Of a stretch of 32,625 nt of DNA, positions 9,786 through 19,650 are shown one piece after another. Within the stretch, counting starts at the first letter, position 1. Each line of letters starts with the position of its first letter. Below the pieces are notes generated by a model. The model was not told the DNA's origin, did no database searches, and saw only the letters and a program-made list of their open reading frames with translations. The translations under genes were made by a program, and so were the position numbers. This DNA is from an uncultured Planctomycetaceae bacterium. GTDB lineage: Bacteria > Planctomycetota > Planctomycetia > Planctomycetales > Planctomycetaceae. The stretch is taken from the NCBI GenBank assembly GCA_963976765.1, contig CAXBME010000049.1:1-32625 (forward strand), in the 5' to 3' direction.

Positions 9786-11228
9786 ATGACAATTCCTGAA
9801 ACGCTGTCTCGACGTGACCTTTTTGACTGGGGAACCCGAGGCCTCGGTGCCACTGCACTACTGTCGATGCTGGGCGAAGACAACATCGTTCTCGCCGCGT
9901 CCGAATCCGGCAGTCAGCCACGATGGATGGCTCGGGAACCGATTGCGAAACGGGCCATCCATATCTGTCTGGTCGGCGGCATGAGCCATCTCGACTCGCT
10001 GGACTACAAGCCGGAACTGCAGAAGCTGCACGGCAAATCACTGACGTACGATGAGAAGCCGGATATTTTCTTCGGCAAGGTCGGGCTGCTTCGTAAAAAC
10101 GACTGGAAATTCAAAGCGCGGGGCGAAAGCGGCCTGATGCTTTCGGAGCTGTTCCCCAACATCGCCGGAATGGCGGACGAACTGTGCGTGCTGAAATCGA
10201 TGGTGTCCAACTCGGCCAATCATACCCCCGCCTTGTTCGTTCAGAATTCAGGCTTTGAATCCAACGGCTTTCCGGCGATGGGTAGCTGGCTGTCGTACGG
10301 ACTAGGCTCAGAAACGAACGAGCTGCCATCCTACGTCGTACTGCCTGATGGTCGAGGCGGCCCCAACGGCGGCGCGACCAACTGGTCAAACGGATTCCTG
10401 CCCGCGCAGTATCAGGGAGTTTTGTTTCGCGGTGGCGACAAGCCGGTTCGTGATCTGTTTCCCGCCAGAAAACTCGCGAACGGTGTCGACACCGCGACAC
10501 GCGACTTCATTTCGACCGTCAACCGGCAACACCTTGAACGAGTCGGCGGCGACCCGGCGTTGGCCGCCCGCATTCGCAGCTACGAACTGGCAGCACGCAT
10601 GCAGCTGTCGATTCCCGAAGTCAGCGACGTCTCGGGCGAAACCGAGCAAACTCAGCAGGCCTATGGAATCAACAACGAACAGACCGCCGACATGGGACGA
10701 CGCTGTCTACTTGGTCGGCGATTGCTCGAACGCGGCGTCCGTTTCGTGCAGCTTTATTCGGGAGGCCCGATTGCGGGAAGCCCTCGCGCAAGCTGGGACG
10801 CTCACGAAAACGTCAAAGAGAATCACGGCGCTGAAGCTGGCCGCATCGACAAGCCAGTCGCCGCGTTGCTTGCTGATCTGAAGCAGCGAGGACTGCTCAA
10901 AGACACGCTCGTACTGTTTACGACGGAGTTCGGACGAACCCCCTTCACTCAGGCAGCAGAGAATCAGGTTGGCCCCGGTCGAGACCACAACCGTTACGGC
11001 TTCTCCTGCTGGCTGGCCGGCGCAGGAGTCAAAGGCGGAACGTCCGTTGGAGCCACGGATGACGTCGGCTGGAAGGCGAGTGAACGACCAATCCCGTGGC
11101 ACGACTTCCACGCCACGCTGCTGCATCTGTTTGGAATCGACCACGAAAAGCTCACCCACTACCACAACGGCATCCAGCGCCGACTGACCAACGTGCATGG
11201 CGAAATCGTCAAAGAATGCCTCGCGTGA
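9786..11228 (+). CDS. DUF1501 family protein (Tat-exported, sulfatase-like superfamily)
   Basis: SRRDLF Tat motif; GGMSHLD; RRLLERGVRFVQL; WDAH; TEFGRTP; GRDHN; RLTNVHG; lies directly after the PSD1 gene; start placed at ATG 9786. Confidence 0.95.
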   Translation: MTIPETLSRRDLFDWGTRGLGATALLSMLGEDNIVLAASESGSQPRWMAREPIAKRAIHICLVGGMSHLDSLDYKPELQKLHGKSLTYDEKPDIFFGKVGLLRKNDWKFKARGESGLMLSELFPNIAGMADELCVLKSMVSNSANHTPALFVQNSGFESNGFPAMGSWLSYGLGSETNELPSYVVLPDGRGGPNGGATNWSNGFLPAQYQGVLFRGGDKPVRDLFPARKLANGVDTATRDFISTVNRQHLERVGGDPALAARIRSYELAARMQLSIPEVSDVSGETEQTQQAYGINNEQTADMGRRCLLGRRLLERGVRFVQLYSGGPIAGSPRASWDAHENVKENHGAEAGRIDKPVAALLADLKQRGLLKDTLVLFTTEFGRTPFTQAAENQVGPGRDHNRYGFSCWLAGAGVKGGTSVGATDDVGWKASERPIPWHDFHATLLHLFGIDHEKLTHYHNGIQRRLTNVHGEIVKECLA

Positions 11229-11640
11229 CCGACTTGGGAGTATTTTCACTGGCGGATTGGAAACTCGAAGTAATGTAAGGAGGCGGCTTGATGCACCACT
11301 TGCTGACCGGCGGGTGATTGCTGGTGCGTTGTCGTGAAAAAGTCGTCGACAACGACTGACAATGCTGTGTTGAACGCATCAGGGCCTGTGAATGGATGCC
11401 TCGAACGATTGGAAAATCCTGACGATTCCGGCAATGCAGAGCGAATCGGGCACAAATTGACCGTGTTTGAATCGTTGACGGAATCGACCACTGGTGTTGC
11501 GGTCCGTGGGCCGGCTCTCAATAATAGGTCTGTTGGCCCGTGGCCGTGAGGCACTTTCGCTCGGTGCCCTGAAAACCTGAATTCCACGTGGAGTGACGAT
11601 CGCTCCGCTCAATCTTGCAGTCTTCACAGGAAGAATAGAC

Positions 11641-12153
11641 ATGTCGACAGACACGACCGCTACACAGGCAAATGCCCAGGCCGCGCAGGGTGGCTGCTGC
11701 GGATCGAATCCGTCCGGCTGCTCGTCACACGGCGCAGCCCCCGCCACTCCGGCTCCACCACAACCACTTCAGCAGCTCGAAGTGCCGTCGCAGTACGTCA
11801 CTGATCCCGGCGCCGCCGATGCGCCGGTCAGGCTGACCGAAAAAGCTTCGACCGAAATCAAACGATTCATTTCCGAAAAGAATGTTCCCGACGGAGCCGT
11901 CCTGAGAATTGTCGTCAAAGCAGGCGGCTGCAGCGGCTTTGAGCACACACTTGGTTTTGACACTCGAGTCGACGAAGCCAGCGATATCGTCTCTTCACAG
12001 TACGGCATCTCAGTCGTCATGGACGGCAAGTTCGCTCCGTTCATGCAGGGAACCGTAGTTGACTATCTCGACGGTATCGACAAGCGAGGCTTCAAGTTCG
12101 ACAACCCGAACGCCACCGGTAGTTGCGGGTGTGGAAGCAGCTTCTCTGTCTAA
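11641..12153 (+). CDS. HesB/IscA family (A-type) Fe-S cluster carrier with N-terminal extension
   Basis: GGCSG and NPNATGSCGCGSSF signatures; ATG 11641 preceded by AGGAAG. Confidence 0.92.
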   Translation: MSTDTTATQANAQAAQGGCCGSNPSGCSSHGAAPATPAPPQPLQQLEVPSQYVTDPGAADAPVRLTEKASTEIKRFISEKNVPDGAVLRIVVKAGGCSGFEHTLGFDTRVDEASDIVSSQYGISVVMDGKFAPFMQGTVVDYLDGIDKRGFKFDNPNATGSCGCGSSFSV

Positions 12154-12172
12154 CGTCGACAAGCTCATGGCG

Positions 12173-12196
12173 AAAGCAGTCAGGATCGACTGCTTT
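12173..12196. other. Hairpin in the 3' UTR of the iscA-like gene
   Basis: AAAGCAGTC / GACTGCTTT perfect 9-bp stem with a 6-nt loop. Confidence 0.55.
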
Positions 12197-12216
12197 GTGA
12201 GTTCGCAGGAAGAATC

Positions 12217-12253
12217 AAAGCCTCTGTCAGATTGATCTGGCAGAGGCTTTTCT
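12217..12253 (+). terminator. Intrinsic terminator after the iscA-like gene
   Basis: AAAGCCTCTGTCAGA / TCTGGCAGAGGCTTT 15-bp stem (one G-U pair) ending in TTTTCT. Confidence 0.75.
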
Positions 12254-12390
12254 AATTGGTAAGCGACACCGCGCTGACAGTCACTGTTCGGCACCGAAAC
12301 TATCCGAAGCGTGTCGCCCGACAAGGACTTCAGGCTATCGTACCGCTTACTCGGATGACTCCCTGAACTTCAATCGGGTTGGATATCGCC

Positions 12391-13758
12391 ATGATTACTC
12401 GCTGTGTTGCAATGCTTTCGTTGGTCATCAGTCTCTTCTCGTCGACCACTCGGGGCGACGACACTCAGGATGGTCGATTCCCGGTCACCTCGAATCTGCA
12501 AGCCGGTGCTGCGAAGGTCGACATTACTCCAGACGTTTCGCAAGGGCTGGATGTCGTCGGTCACCGTCGGAAGGTCTTCAAAGTTCGCGATCCTCTGCGT
12601 GCTGGTGTTCTGGTACTGAATGATGGAGAAACGAAAGCTGCCATCGTGACGCTCGACACGATCGGGGCGTGGGACGAGATGGTGGTGCTGGCTCGCGAGC
12701 GAATTCAGCAATTGACGGGTATTCCGGCTGGCAACGTCATGGTCACCGCTTCGCATAATCATTCCGGGCCGGGCTTTAATCCCGAGTCAGCGTGGGGACG
12801 AGACCTGATCGACCGACTCGGTGTCGCTGCGAAAAACGCCACAGCGACCATGAGTCCCGTTTCGATTGGCTATGGCGAGGACCGCATTGGCTTCAGCATT
12901 AACCGGCGCAAGGTCATTGACGGTCGCGCGGTCGTACGCCTCAACCCGGAAGGACCGAATGACCCTCGCGTAAAAGTATTGAGATTCGATGACGGAAAAT
13001 CCCTGACGCCACTGGCCGTTGTTATGCACGCCGTATGTCATCCTTGCTTTTTCACATGGGGCGACAAGGGCACGATGCCGTATCCGAACGGGTATCCCAA
13101 ACTGAGTGCCGACTTTCCTGGCGAAGCTCAGTCGTTTGTCGAGATGATCTACGGTAACAAAACGAGTTCACTGTTTCTGCAGGGCTGCGCCGGAGACATC
13201 CGACCGAACCTGCCCGGTTATCCCTACCGCTGCGCCGACGAGGCTGACATCCAATGGGCCGGTCGCGATCTCGGCAGCGCCGTCGTGAGGTCGCTTGCTC
13301 GCGGAGTCACTCGTGAACAATTAAGAGACCGAAGTTCCTACTACGCGATCCGAGTCGCCAGCACGAAAGTCAGCCTTCCCGGAAAGCAAGGTCGCGTCAC
13401 TGCCGAATTGATGGCGATGAAGATTGGTCCCTACCTGATGCTGACTATGCCGGGGGAACCGATGGTTGAGTACGGCTTCCGCCTTGAACAAGCTATCGAA
13501 GACCGCGCGATTCCAATCATTGTCGGATACGCCAATGGGAACATCGGCTACATCGCAACAGCCGATGCCTACGAAGTGGGAGGCTACGAGCCAAATGCAT
13601 CCAGACTGCTGCCCGAAGCCGAAACCATCATTCTTGACGAACTTGGTCAGCTCGCTGATCGAGTCATTGGAGACGTCTTTGAATCATTCTCCAAACACCC
13701 GAAAGACGTACAGAAGCGAGAAGAATTCAAGAAGAGCGAGCCGTCTACCGGGCGCTAA
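12391..13758 (+). CDS. Secreted neutral/alkaline ceramidase-like hydrolase
   Basis: Signal peptide; AGAAKVDITP, RDPLRA, ASHNHSGP, CHP, LSADFPG, FLQGCAGD, PGEP, GYANG and GGYE motifs. Confidence 0.85.
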   Translation: MITRCVAMLSLVISLFSSTTRGDDTQDGRFPVTSNLQAGAAKVDITPDVSQGLDVVGHRRKVFKVRDPLRAGVLVLNDGETKAAIVTLDTIGAWDEMVVLARERIQQLTGIPAGNVMVTASHNHSGPGFNPESAWGRDLIDRLGVAAKNATATMSPVSIGYGEDRIGFSINRRKVIDGRAVVRLNPEGPNDPRVKVLRFDDGKSLTPLAVVMHAVCHPCFFTWGDKGTMPYPNGYPKLSADFPGEAQSFVEMIYGNKTSSLFLQGCAGDIRPNLPGYPYRCADEADIQWAGRDLGSAVVRSLARGVTREQLRDRSSYYAIRVASTKVSLPGKQGRVTAELMAMKIGPYLMLTMPGEPMVEYGFRLEQAIEDRAIPIIVGYANGNIGYIATADAYEVGGYEPNASRLLPEAETIILDELGQLADRVIGDVFESFSKHPKDVQKREEFKKSEPSTGR

Positions 13759-14100
13759 GTACCGAACACTCACTGCGTCTGTCCGATCCTGATGGGGGAT
13801 CTGTTGGAACACGTTATCGTGCAGCGATGGCTTTACTCTTCGAGGTAAGTCACGTGGGAATGACCGGAATTCCTCAGGCCAGCGTTGCCACTACCAGACT
13901 CAGAGGTTCCTCAAAGGTCCGACACGAAAGAAGGCAGACTTTGAGCCATCCTCGATCCGTAGAAGCTACGGATTCCGAAATCTCCACTCCGTTGACGAGT
14001 GAGAGGCTTTGGTCGAGTGTGTTGTCGACACCGCTTGATGTACATTTCCCGGTACTTCATCGGGCAGATCAACCGCATTTACTGATCAGGATTTCATTCA

Positions 14101-15213
14101 ATGAGAAGCTTCGTTCCGCGATGTGTCAGTGCTGCCGTTTTCATCACAGGCTTTCTCATATCGACAGTTGTTCCTGCCGACGCTCAACTGCCTGAAGTTG
14201 CCAAACCCGGCAGTGGTGCAGTGGAATCGGCCCGCTTGATTTACGAACTCGAAGATCGCCAGACGCCGCAGTGTCATGCGTCGACCATTGTCGAGACTCC
14301 GACCGGCTTGGTTGCGGCCTGGTTCGGTGGCACCAGAGAGAGCGATCCAGATGTTGGAATCTGGGTCTCGCGACAGGAAGCCGGTCAGTGGACGAAGCCA
14401 GTCGAAGTCGCAGACGGCTCCGAGGGTGAAGACAAAGAGTACGCCTGCTGGAACCCCGTTCTTTTCCAGCCGGACGGTGGACCGCTGATGTTGTTTTATA
14501 AGGTCGGCGTGAATCCGCGACTGTGGTGGGGCGCATTGATGACCTCAAACGATGGCGGTAAGTCCTGGTCAAAGACACGCCGATTGGGAATCAACGCCGC
14601 GCTGCCGGAAGCCAATCAAAATCTTCTTGGACCGGTCAAGAACAAGCCGCTTCAGTTGAAAAACGGATCGATCCTTTGCCCAACCAGTACTGAAAACGAA
14701 GGCTGGAAGGTTCACTTCGAGATGACTCGAGATCTGGGAAAAACCTGGGAAGTCGTTGGCCCTATTCACGATGCCTCAAAGTTTAATGCCATCCAGCCGA
14801 GCATCCTGACTCATCCGAATGAGACTATGCAGATTCTCTGCCGCAGTCAGGAAGGCGTTGTCGTGCAGAGCTGGTCTAAGGATAGCGGCAGGACCTGGGG
14901 ACCAGTCACTGCTACAGAACTTCCCAATCCGAACGCAGGTACTGATGCTCTGACTCTGGCCGATGGTCGGCACCTGATCGTTTACAACCACACAGTCCGG
15001 CGCGGTCCTTTTCCGTCCGGTCGGTCGATGTTGAACGTTGCTATCTCCCACAACGGCGTCTCGTGGAAGCCCGTTCTGACGCTCGAAAGAGAAGAGAAGA
15101 GCGAGTTCTCTTACCCGGCAGTCATCCAGACATCCGACGGAAAAGTTCACATCACCTACACCTTCAAACGCCAGAGCGTGAAGCACGTCATCGTCGATCC
15201 GTCGCGTCTGTAA
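14101..15213 (+). CDS. BNR_2 / sialidase-fold secreted protein
   Basis: Signal peptide; CHASTIVE, AWFGG, WNPVLF, Asp-boxes (SNDGGKSW, TRDLGKTW, SKDSGRTW, SHNGVSW), GPVKNKP, FSYPAVIQ. Confidence 0.9.
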   Translation: MRSFVPRCVSAAVFITGFLISTVVPADAQLPEVAKPGSGAVESARLIYELEDRQTPQCHASTIVETPTGLVAAWFGGTRESDPDVGIWVSRQEAGQWTKPVEVADGSEGEDKEYACWNPVLFQPDGGPLMLFYKVGVNPRLWWGALMTSNDGGKSWSKTRRLGINAALPEANQNLLGPVKNKPLQLKNGSILCPTSTENEGWKVHFEMTRDLGKTWEVVGPIHDASKFNAIQPSILTHPNETMQILCRSQEGVVVQSWSKDSGRTWGPVTATELPNPNAGTDALTLADGRHLIVYNHTVRRGPFPSGRSMLNVAISHNGVSWKPVLTLEREEKSEFSYPAVIQTSDGKVHITYTFKRQSVKHVIVDPSRL

Positions 15214-15320
15214 TCAGCGTGTTGACGACGCTGAATTCCTGGCAAACGATGCCGAACGAACTCGCAGGCAGGAACGAGCACAGTGTTGTGTGCCGGCTTG
15301 CTTAAAACTCAGGTCGGCCC

Positions 15321-16250
15321 ATGACACGACTCGCTGCTGTTGTCCTGCTGGGACTCTTACGCTGCATCGTATGTTCCGACGCGAACGCCCAAGCTGAACC
15401 GGCATCGAAGCTTTCGCTGACGACAGATCCGGGCGGCAGTGAAAAAACGACCGGTCCAGATCGCGGCACCCTGGTGATTGTCGGTGGCGGAGATCGCAGC
15501 AGCGCAATGTTCCGCCACTTTGTGAAACTTGCGGGCGGAAAAGACGCGAAGCTGGTGGTCATCCCAACGGCCGCATCCAGCGATCCCGACTACGATTACG
15601 CCGGACATCGCTCGGCCAGGTACGCGCGCGAAGAACTTGGGATGCAGAACGTGTCCGTCGTTCATTCGCACAACCGAGAGGTCGCCGATACTGCTGAATT
15701 CGTTGCACCGATTCGAGCCGCGAACGCACTCTGGTTCACCGGCGGTCGGCAGTGGCGCATCGCGGACGCCTACCTGGGAACACTTACCGAAACAGAAATC
15801 CGCAACGTCCTGCAACGAGGCGGCGTCATCGGGGGCAGTTCAGCCGGCGCGTCGATTCTGGGTTCGTTCCTTGTTCGAGGTGACACGAAAGGAAGCCAGA
15901 TCCTGATCGGCGATCATCAACATGGATTCGGGTTTATCAGAAACTCAGCCATTGACCAGCACGTTATTCCTCGCAGGCGACAGGCCGGCCTGATTGAGGT
16001 GCTCACCGACCCGGACCAGAAAATTAATAAGTCGATCAATCGAAAGGCGTTGCTCGGCATCGGAATTGACGAAGCGACAGCCATCGTGGTGCGGAAGAAT
16101 GAGTTTGAAGTCATCGGTCGAAAGAACGGCGTGGTCCTGATCTATAACCCGGCGACGTGGGCCTCGACGACGACCAACTCTGACAAATATCTCACCCTGA
16201 AACCCGGTGCGAAGTATAACCTGGAGACACGTACCGTGCTGAGTCCCTGA
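15321..16250 (+). CDS. Cyanophycinase-like peptidase (family S51), secreted
   Basis: Signal peptide; LVIVGGG, IPTA, FTGGRQ, catalytic GSSAG, IDQH, GIDE. Confidence 0.88.
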   Translation: MTRLAAVVLLGLLRCIVCSDANAQAEPASKLSLTTDPGGSEKTTGPDRGTLVIVGGGDRSSAMFRHFVKLAGGKDAKLVVIPTAASSDPDYDYAGHRSARYAREELGMQNVSVVHSHNREVADTAEFVAPIRAANALWFTGGRQWRIADAYLGTLTETEIRNVLQRGGVIGGSSAGASILGSFLVRGDTKGSQILIGDHQHGFGFIRNSAIDQHVIPRRRQAGLIEVLTDPDQKINKSINRKALLGIGIDEATAIVVRKNEFEVIGRKNGVVLIYNPATWASTTTNSDKYLTLKPGAKYNLETRTVLSP

Positions 16251-16323
16251 ACTTGTGACAGGCTCCAAGTCTCCTGTGCGTTTCTCAATTTCTGGAACGA
16301 AGAGTTCCCTCAGCCATTCCAAT

Positions 16324-16354
16324 TTGACAGAACCTGGACGATCCTTCCTAATGT
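16324..16354 (+). promoter_or_regulatory. Candidate sigma70 promoter
   Basis: TTGACA (16324-16329), 19-nt spacer, TAATGT (16349-16354) upstream of ATG 16419; the spacer is long. Confidence 0.35.
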
Positions 16355-16418
16355 GCTCCTCACGTTGCATCCCACCTGCAAACTCCTCCCCGGCACTATT
16401 GCTCGCCGCGTGACTTCA

Positions 16419-16931
16419 ATGCATCCGCGATCTAATTCACAACTGATAGCGAGATTCCGCCAGCGATCAACCGCTGTCAGCGGAGTCGTGTTGTTGTGCC
16501 TTGTCGGGCAGTCGCTGTTTCCAGGAGTGGTGACAACCATCCGAGCCGCAGCGACCGAACCTGCTGAAGTTGCAGGCTGTTGTGTCATCGCTTTTTCGGA
16601 CGTCGCAACTTCAGGATGTTGCTGTGGTCCCAGCGCCGCCGAAAGCTGCGGCTGTGCGTGCGGAACCCGAAAAACAAAGAAGTCGTCAGCTCTTGCCGTT
16701 CAGGTCAGAAAGACATCGCCCGCAAAGCATGGTCGAACGATCCAGTCTGAAATCTGCGGCTGCGGCGGCAAACATCGTCCGGGAATGATCACCAGCATTG
16801 ATCCAGCCGTGTTGATCGCCCTGGATGTTCCACCTTACGAGCAGACCAATCCCGACCTTCCCGACGTGGTCTGTAACTGGGCCTGTCGGAACCTGCCGCC
16901 TCCAACGCCACCACCTGAGTTCTGTGTGTAA
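16419..16931 (+). CDS. Cys-rich hypothetical protein with hydrophobic N-terminus and C-terminal PPPTPPP (CruR/CutF/DUF2946-like leader candidate)
   Basis: Basic then hydrophobic N-terminus; 14 Cys (CC, CCC, CGCAC, CGC, CNWAC); ends RNLPPPTPPPEFCV; start placed at ATG 16419. Confidence 0.7.
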   Translation: MHPRSNSQLIARFRQRSTAVSGVVLLCLVGQSLFPGVVTTIRAAATEPAEVAGCCVIAFSDVATSGCCCGPSAAESCGCACGTRKTKKSSALAVQVRKTSPAKHGRTIQSEICGCGGKHRPGMITSIDPAVLIALDVPPYEQTNPDLPDVVCNWACRNLPPPTPPPEFCV

Positions 16932-17052
16932 GCGACGTTCTGATTGACGTCCCGCCTGCGACCGCTGTCGCCAGGCTGAGGGCTCCCGTTATGCAGAAGA
17001 GTCCTTCTGCGCGCGGACTTCGCTCACCAGTTTCACACTCAGGAATTGAGAT

Positions 17053-18069
17053 ATGCTCGTTTTATCAAACACGAGGATCCGCGCGCGCCGCGGATTCACA
17101 CTGATCGAACTTCTCGTCGTCATCGCGATCATCGCGATTCTTGTCGCTCTGCTACTGCCAGCTGTTCAACAGGCGCGAGAAGCCGCCCGCCGCTCGCAAT
17201 GCAAGAATGCCTTGAAGCAGATCGGCATCGCTCTGCACAGCTACCACGATGTACACAGTACATTGCCGCCGGGTTATGTCTCGCGAGGAGTCTCTGCGAC
17301 AGATCCAGCATCGGCAGAAACAGCTCAGGGATTTTCGTGGGCAACGATGATCCTGCCTTTCGCCGACTACGCCTCGCTGTATGAGACGTTCGACTTCTCA
17401 CTCGACGCCGATGAGCCTTCCAACCTGGCCAACGGTCAGGTGACGCTGCCGTTCTACCGCTGTCCTTCTGATTCGTCGCCGGAACGATTCACGATGACAG
17501 ACAACGGCGGAGCGACGATCAACGACACGCTTGGTAATCCACTGGAACTGCCAACGTCTAACTACGTTGGGATTATAGGATATGGCAGCCTTTCGATGAC
17601 GCCTGGTAATCCGGCTGGCAAGGGCATTCTGTATCGAAACAGCAAGGTCCAGTTTCGAGACATCACCGACGGAACCTCAAACACAATCATGGCAGGCGAA
17701 CGAGCCAGTCAGCACCAGTTTGACTCAAACAATCCATCGATGAAGGTTGACGCTAACTCGACCTGGTACGCCGCCATTCCGGGTATTGCCCCACGCAGTG
17801 CTGGCATGATGATGATGCCAATGATGACTGAAGCGTCACCTTCGCTGATTCTCGGTCACGTCGGTCAACCTGCCATGATGGGCATGATGCAAATGCACAG
17901 CGTCCACAACAACACGAATCACATCGTGCATTTCTCAAGCCGACACGTTGGCGGGTCTCATTTCCTGCTGGCTGATGGGCACGTCATCTTTCTCAGCCAG
18001 AACATCGCCTACGACACGTTTCGGTTCCTGGGAACTCGCGACGACGGCGAACAACTCGGCGACTTCTGA
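17053..18069 (+). CDS. DUF1559 prepilin-type protein with Met/His-rich insertion
   Basis: [25 protein letters not shown]9-DG (HVGGSHFLLADG); MMMMPMM...MMGMMQMH segment. Confidence 0.95.
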   Translation: MLVLSNTRIRARRGFTLIELLVVIAIIAILVALLLPAVQQAREAARRSQCKNALKQIGIALHSYHDVHSTLPPGYVSRGVSATDPASAETAQGFSWATMILPFADYASLYETFDFSLDADEPSNLANGQVTLPFYRCPSDSSPERFTMTDNGGATINDTLGNPLELPTSNYVGIIGYGSLSMTPGNPAGKGILYRNSKVQFRDITDGTSNTIMAGERASQHQFDSNNPSMKVDANSTWYAAIPGIAPRSAGMMMMPMMTEASPSLILGHVGQPAMMGMMQMHSVHNNTNHIVHFSSRHVGGSHFLLADGHVIFLSQNIAYDTFRFLGTRDDGEQLGDF

Positions 18070-18275
18070 TACGCCGACACCAGTTGCTCATCCATGCTGC
18101 TTAGTGCGTTTGTGAGAAACGAGCCCGTTTCGCATTGAATTCTCACTCAAACATCGACTCATTTATTGCGTCTCGCTTTTCTGCAGATGCGCCAAAATTC
18201 CGAGTCGACTCCACAGCATTTGTACGGCACTTCCCCATAACAAATGCCGAAAAAACAACACCCCGGAATACAAAC

Positions 18276-19370
18276 ATGAACCATAAACAGACTTCCCGTT
18301 TAAGTCGCCAACGCGGATTTACACTGATCGAACTACTCGTCGTCATTGCAATTATTGCGATCCTTGTGGCTTTGCTGCTGCCAGCTGTTCAGCAGGCTCG
18401 GGAAGCTGCCCGACGCTCGCAGTGCAAAAACAACATCAAGCAGCTTGCACTGGCGATGCACAATTACGAATCCACGTACACCACTTTCCCACCGGGTGGA
18501 ACGCAGGATTCAGACTTCTCCGTTCAGGCCAGACTGTTGCCGTACATCGAACAGGCCAATCTTCTGGGGCTGCTCGATTTCACGCAGTCTGCATTCAGTG
18601 GTGGGTGGAGTGGAAAGACACCGAATTCCCTTTTCGTGACGGCGTTTGAAACTCCAATCCCGGTTTTTCTGTGCCCAAGCGACCCGGCACCTTCGCAGCA
18701 GCAGGCTAATGGCTTTACTTATGGCGGCCTCAGCTACATGAGCAGTTTTGGAAGTGGCCAGCAAACCAACAATGATTTCCGCTGGCCAACTGACGGAGCC
18801 GTCTTTGAGCACTCCAGCGTTCGAATGCGAGACTTCACCGACGGCACATCCAATTCCGTCATCATGAGCGAAACGGTTCGTAGTGTTGGAGATGACATGG
18901 TTCTTCCCTCAGGCGTGACGCCTTCGTTTCCTTACCAGCTCACCCTGAACGGTTCATCCGGAGTCAGTTCTGGACTGAATTCCGTTCAGGGAATGACGGC
19001 CACTGGCGGAGGCTGGTCATCGTACACCGACAGTAACGGCATGATCTCCAACCCGGACCTGGAAGCATTCTGGACAACTTTCACGAGCTGGCGTGGGGGA
19101 ACAAGCCCTGCCTTGCGAGGCCGAGGAATCACGTGGGCCTTCTCCGGAGCCATCAACTCGATGACGAATGGCTACCTGACGCCAAACAGTCGTATCCCGG
19201 ACATCGTCACTCACTGGACCGGTTATTTCGCTCCACGTAGCCATCACACTGGCGGAGCGCACGTGGCGATGGGCGACGGCTCTGTTCGCTTCCTGGGCGA
19301 GAGCCTGGACGTCGGCGTGAATCACGCTCTTCATAGCCGAAACGGCGACGAACTTGTCGGCGACTTCTGA
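18276..19370 (+). CDS. DUF1559 prepilin-type protein
   Basis: [40 protein letters not shown]; start placed at ATG 18276. Confidence 0.95.
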   Translation: MNHKQTSRLSRQRGFTLIELLVVIAIIAILVALLLPAVQQAREAARRSQCKNNIKQLALAMHNYESTYTTFPPGGTQDSDFSVQARLLPYIEQANLLGLLDFTQSAFSGGWSGKTPNSLFVTAFETPIPVFLCPSDPAPSQQQANGFTYGGLSYMSSFGSGQQTNNDFRWPTDGAVFEHSSVRMRDFTDGTSNSVIMSETVRSVGDDMVLPSGVTPSFPYQLTLNGSSGVSSGLNSVQGMTATGGGWSSYTDSNGMISNPDLEAFWTTFTSWRGGTSPALRGRGITWAFSGAINSMTNGYLTPNSRIPDIVTHWTGYFAPRSHHTGGAHVAMGDGSVRFLGESLDVGVNHALHSRNGDELVGDF

Positions 19371-19631
19371 CACGGCGTCGTTTCCCCGTACGGCGCGGCA
19401 AGCAATGTGGTTGAAAATAGTTTTTGGATTTTCAGCCACGTCGTTCGCGTGCTAAGTCCAAGGCTCGTAAGAGCGGGGACGGTAAAAGTTAGTGACAGGC
19501 ATTTCATGTCGAAGTCGATTTCTTCGAAAATGTGTGCCGCAGGTTGTATCAGATTGTGGTGTCGCATTCTGAAATTCTCCCAGGCAATTCCGCACCGGTA
19601 GAGTCAGCAGCACACCTTGAACTGAAACACT

Positions 19632-19650
19632 TGTCATTTTTCGAATGACA
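19632..19650. promoter_or_regulatory. 7-5-7 palindrome, candidate operator or hairpin just upstream of an RBS
   Basis: TGTCATT-tttcg-AATGACA, followed by GAGG and ATG 19667. Confidence 0.4.

Noticed and set aside
11229..11640. Long intergenic region with small hairpins upstream of the iscA-like gene, as a riboswitch
   Set aside because: No recognisable riboswitch consensus by eye; an Infernal/Rfam search would be needed
13827..14195. 122-aa ORF upstream of the sialidase-like gene
   Set aside because: Overlaps the sialidase start out of frame and has no protein-like features
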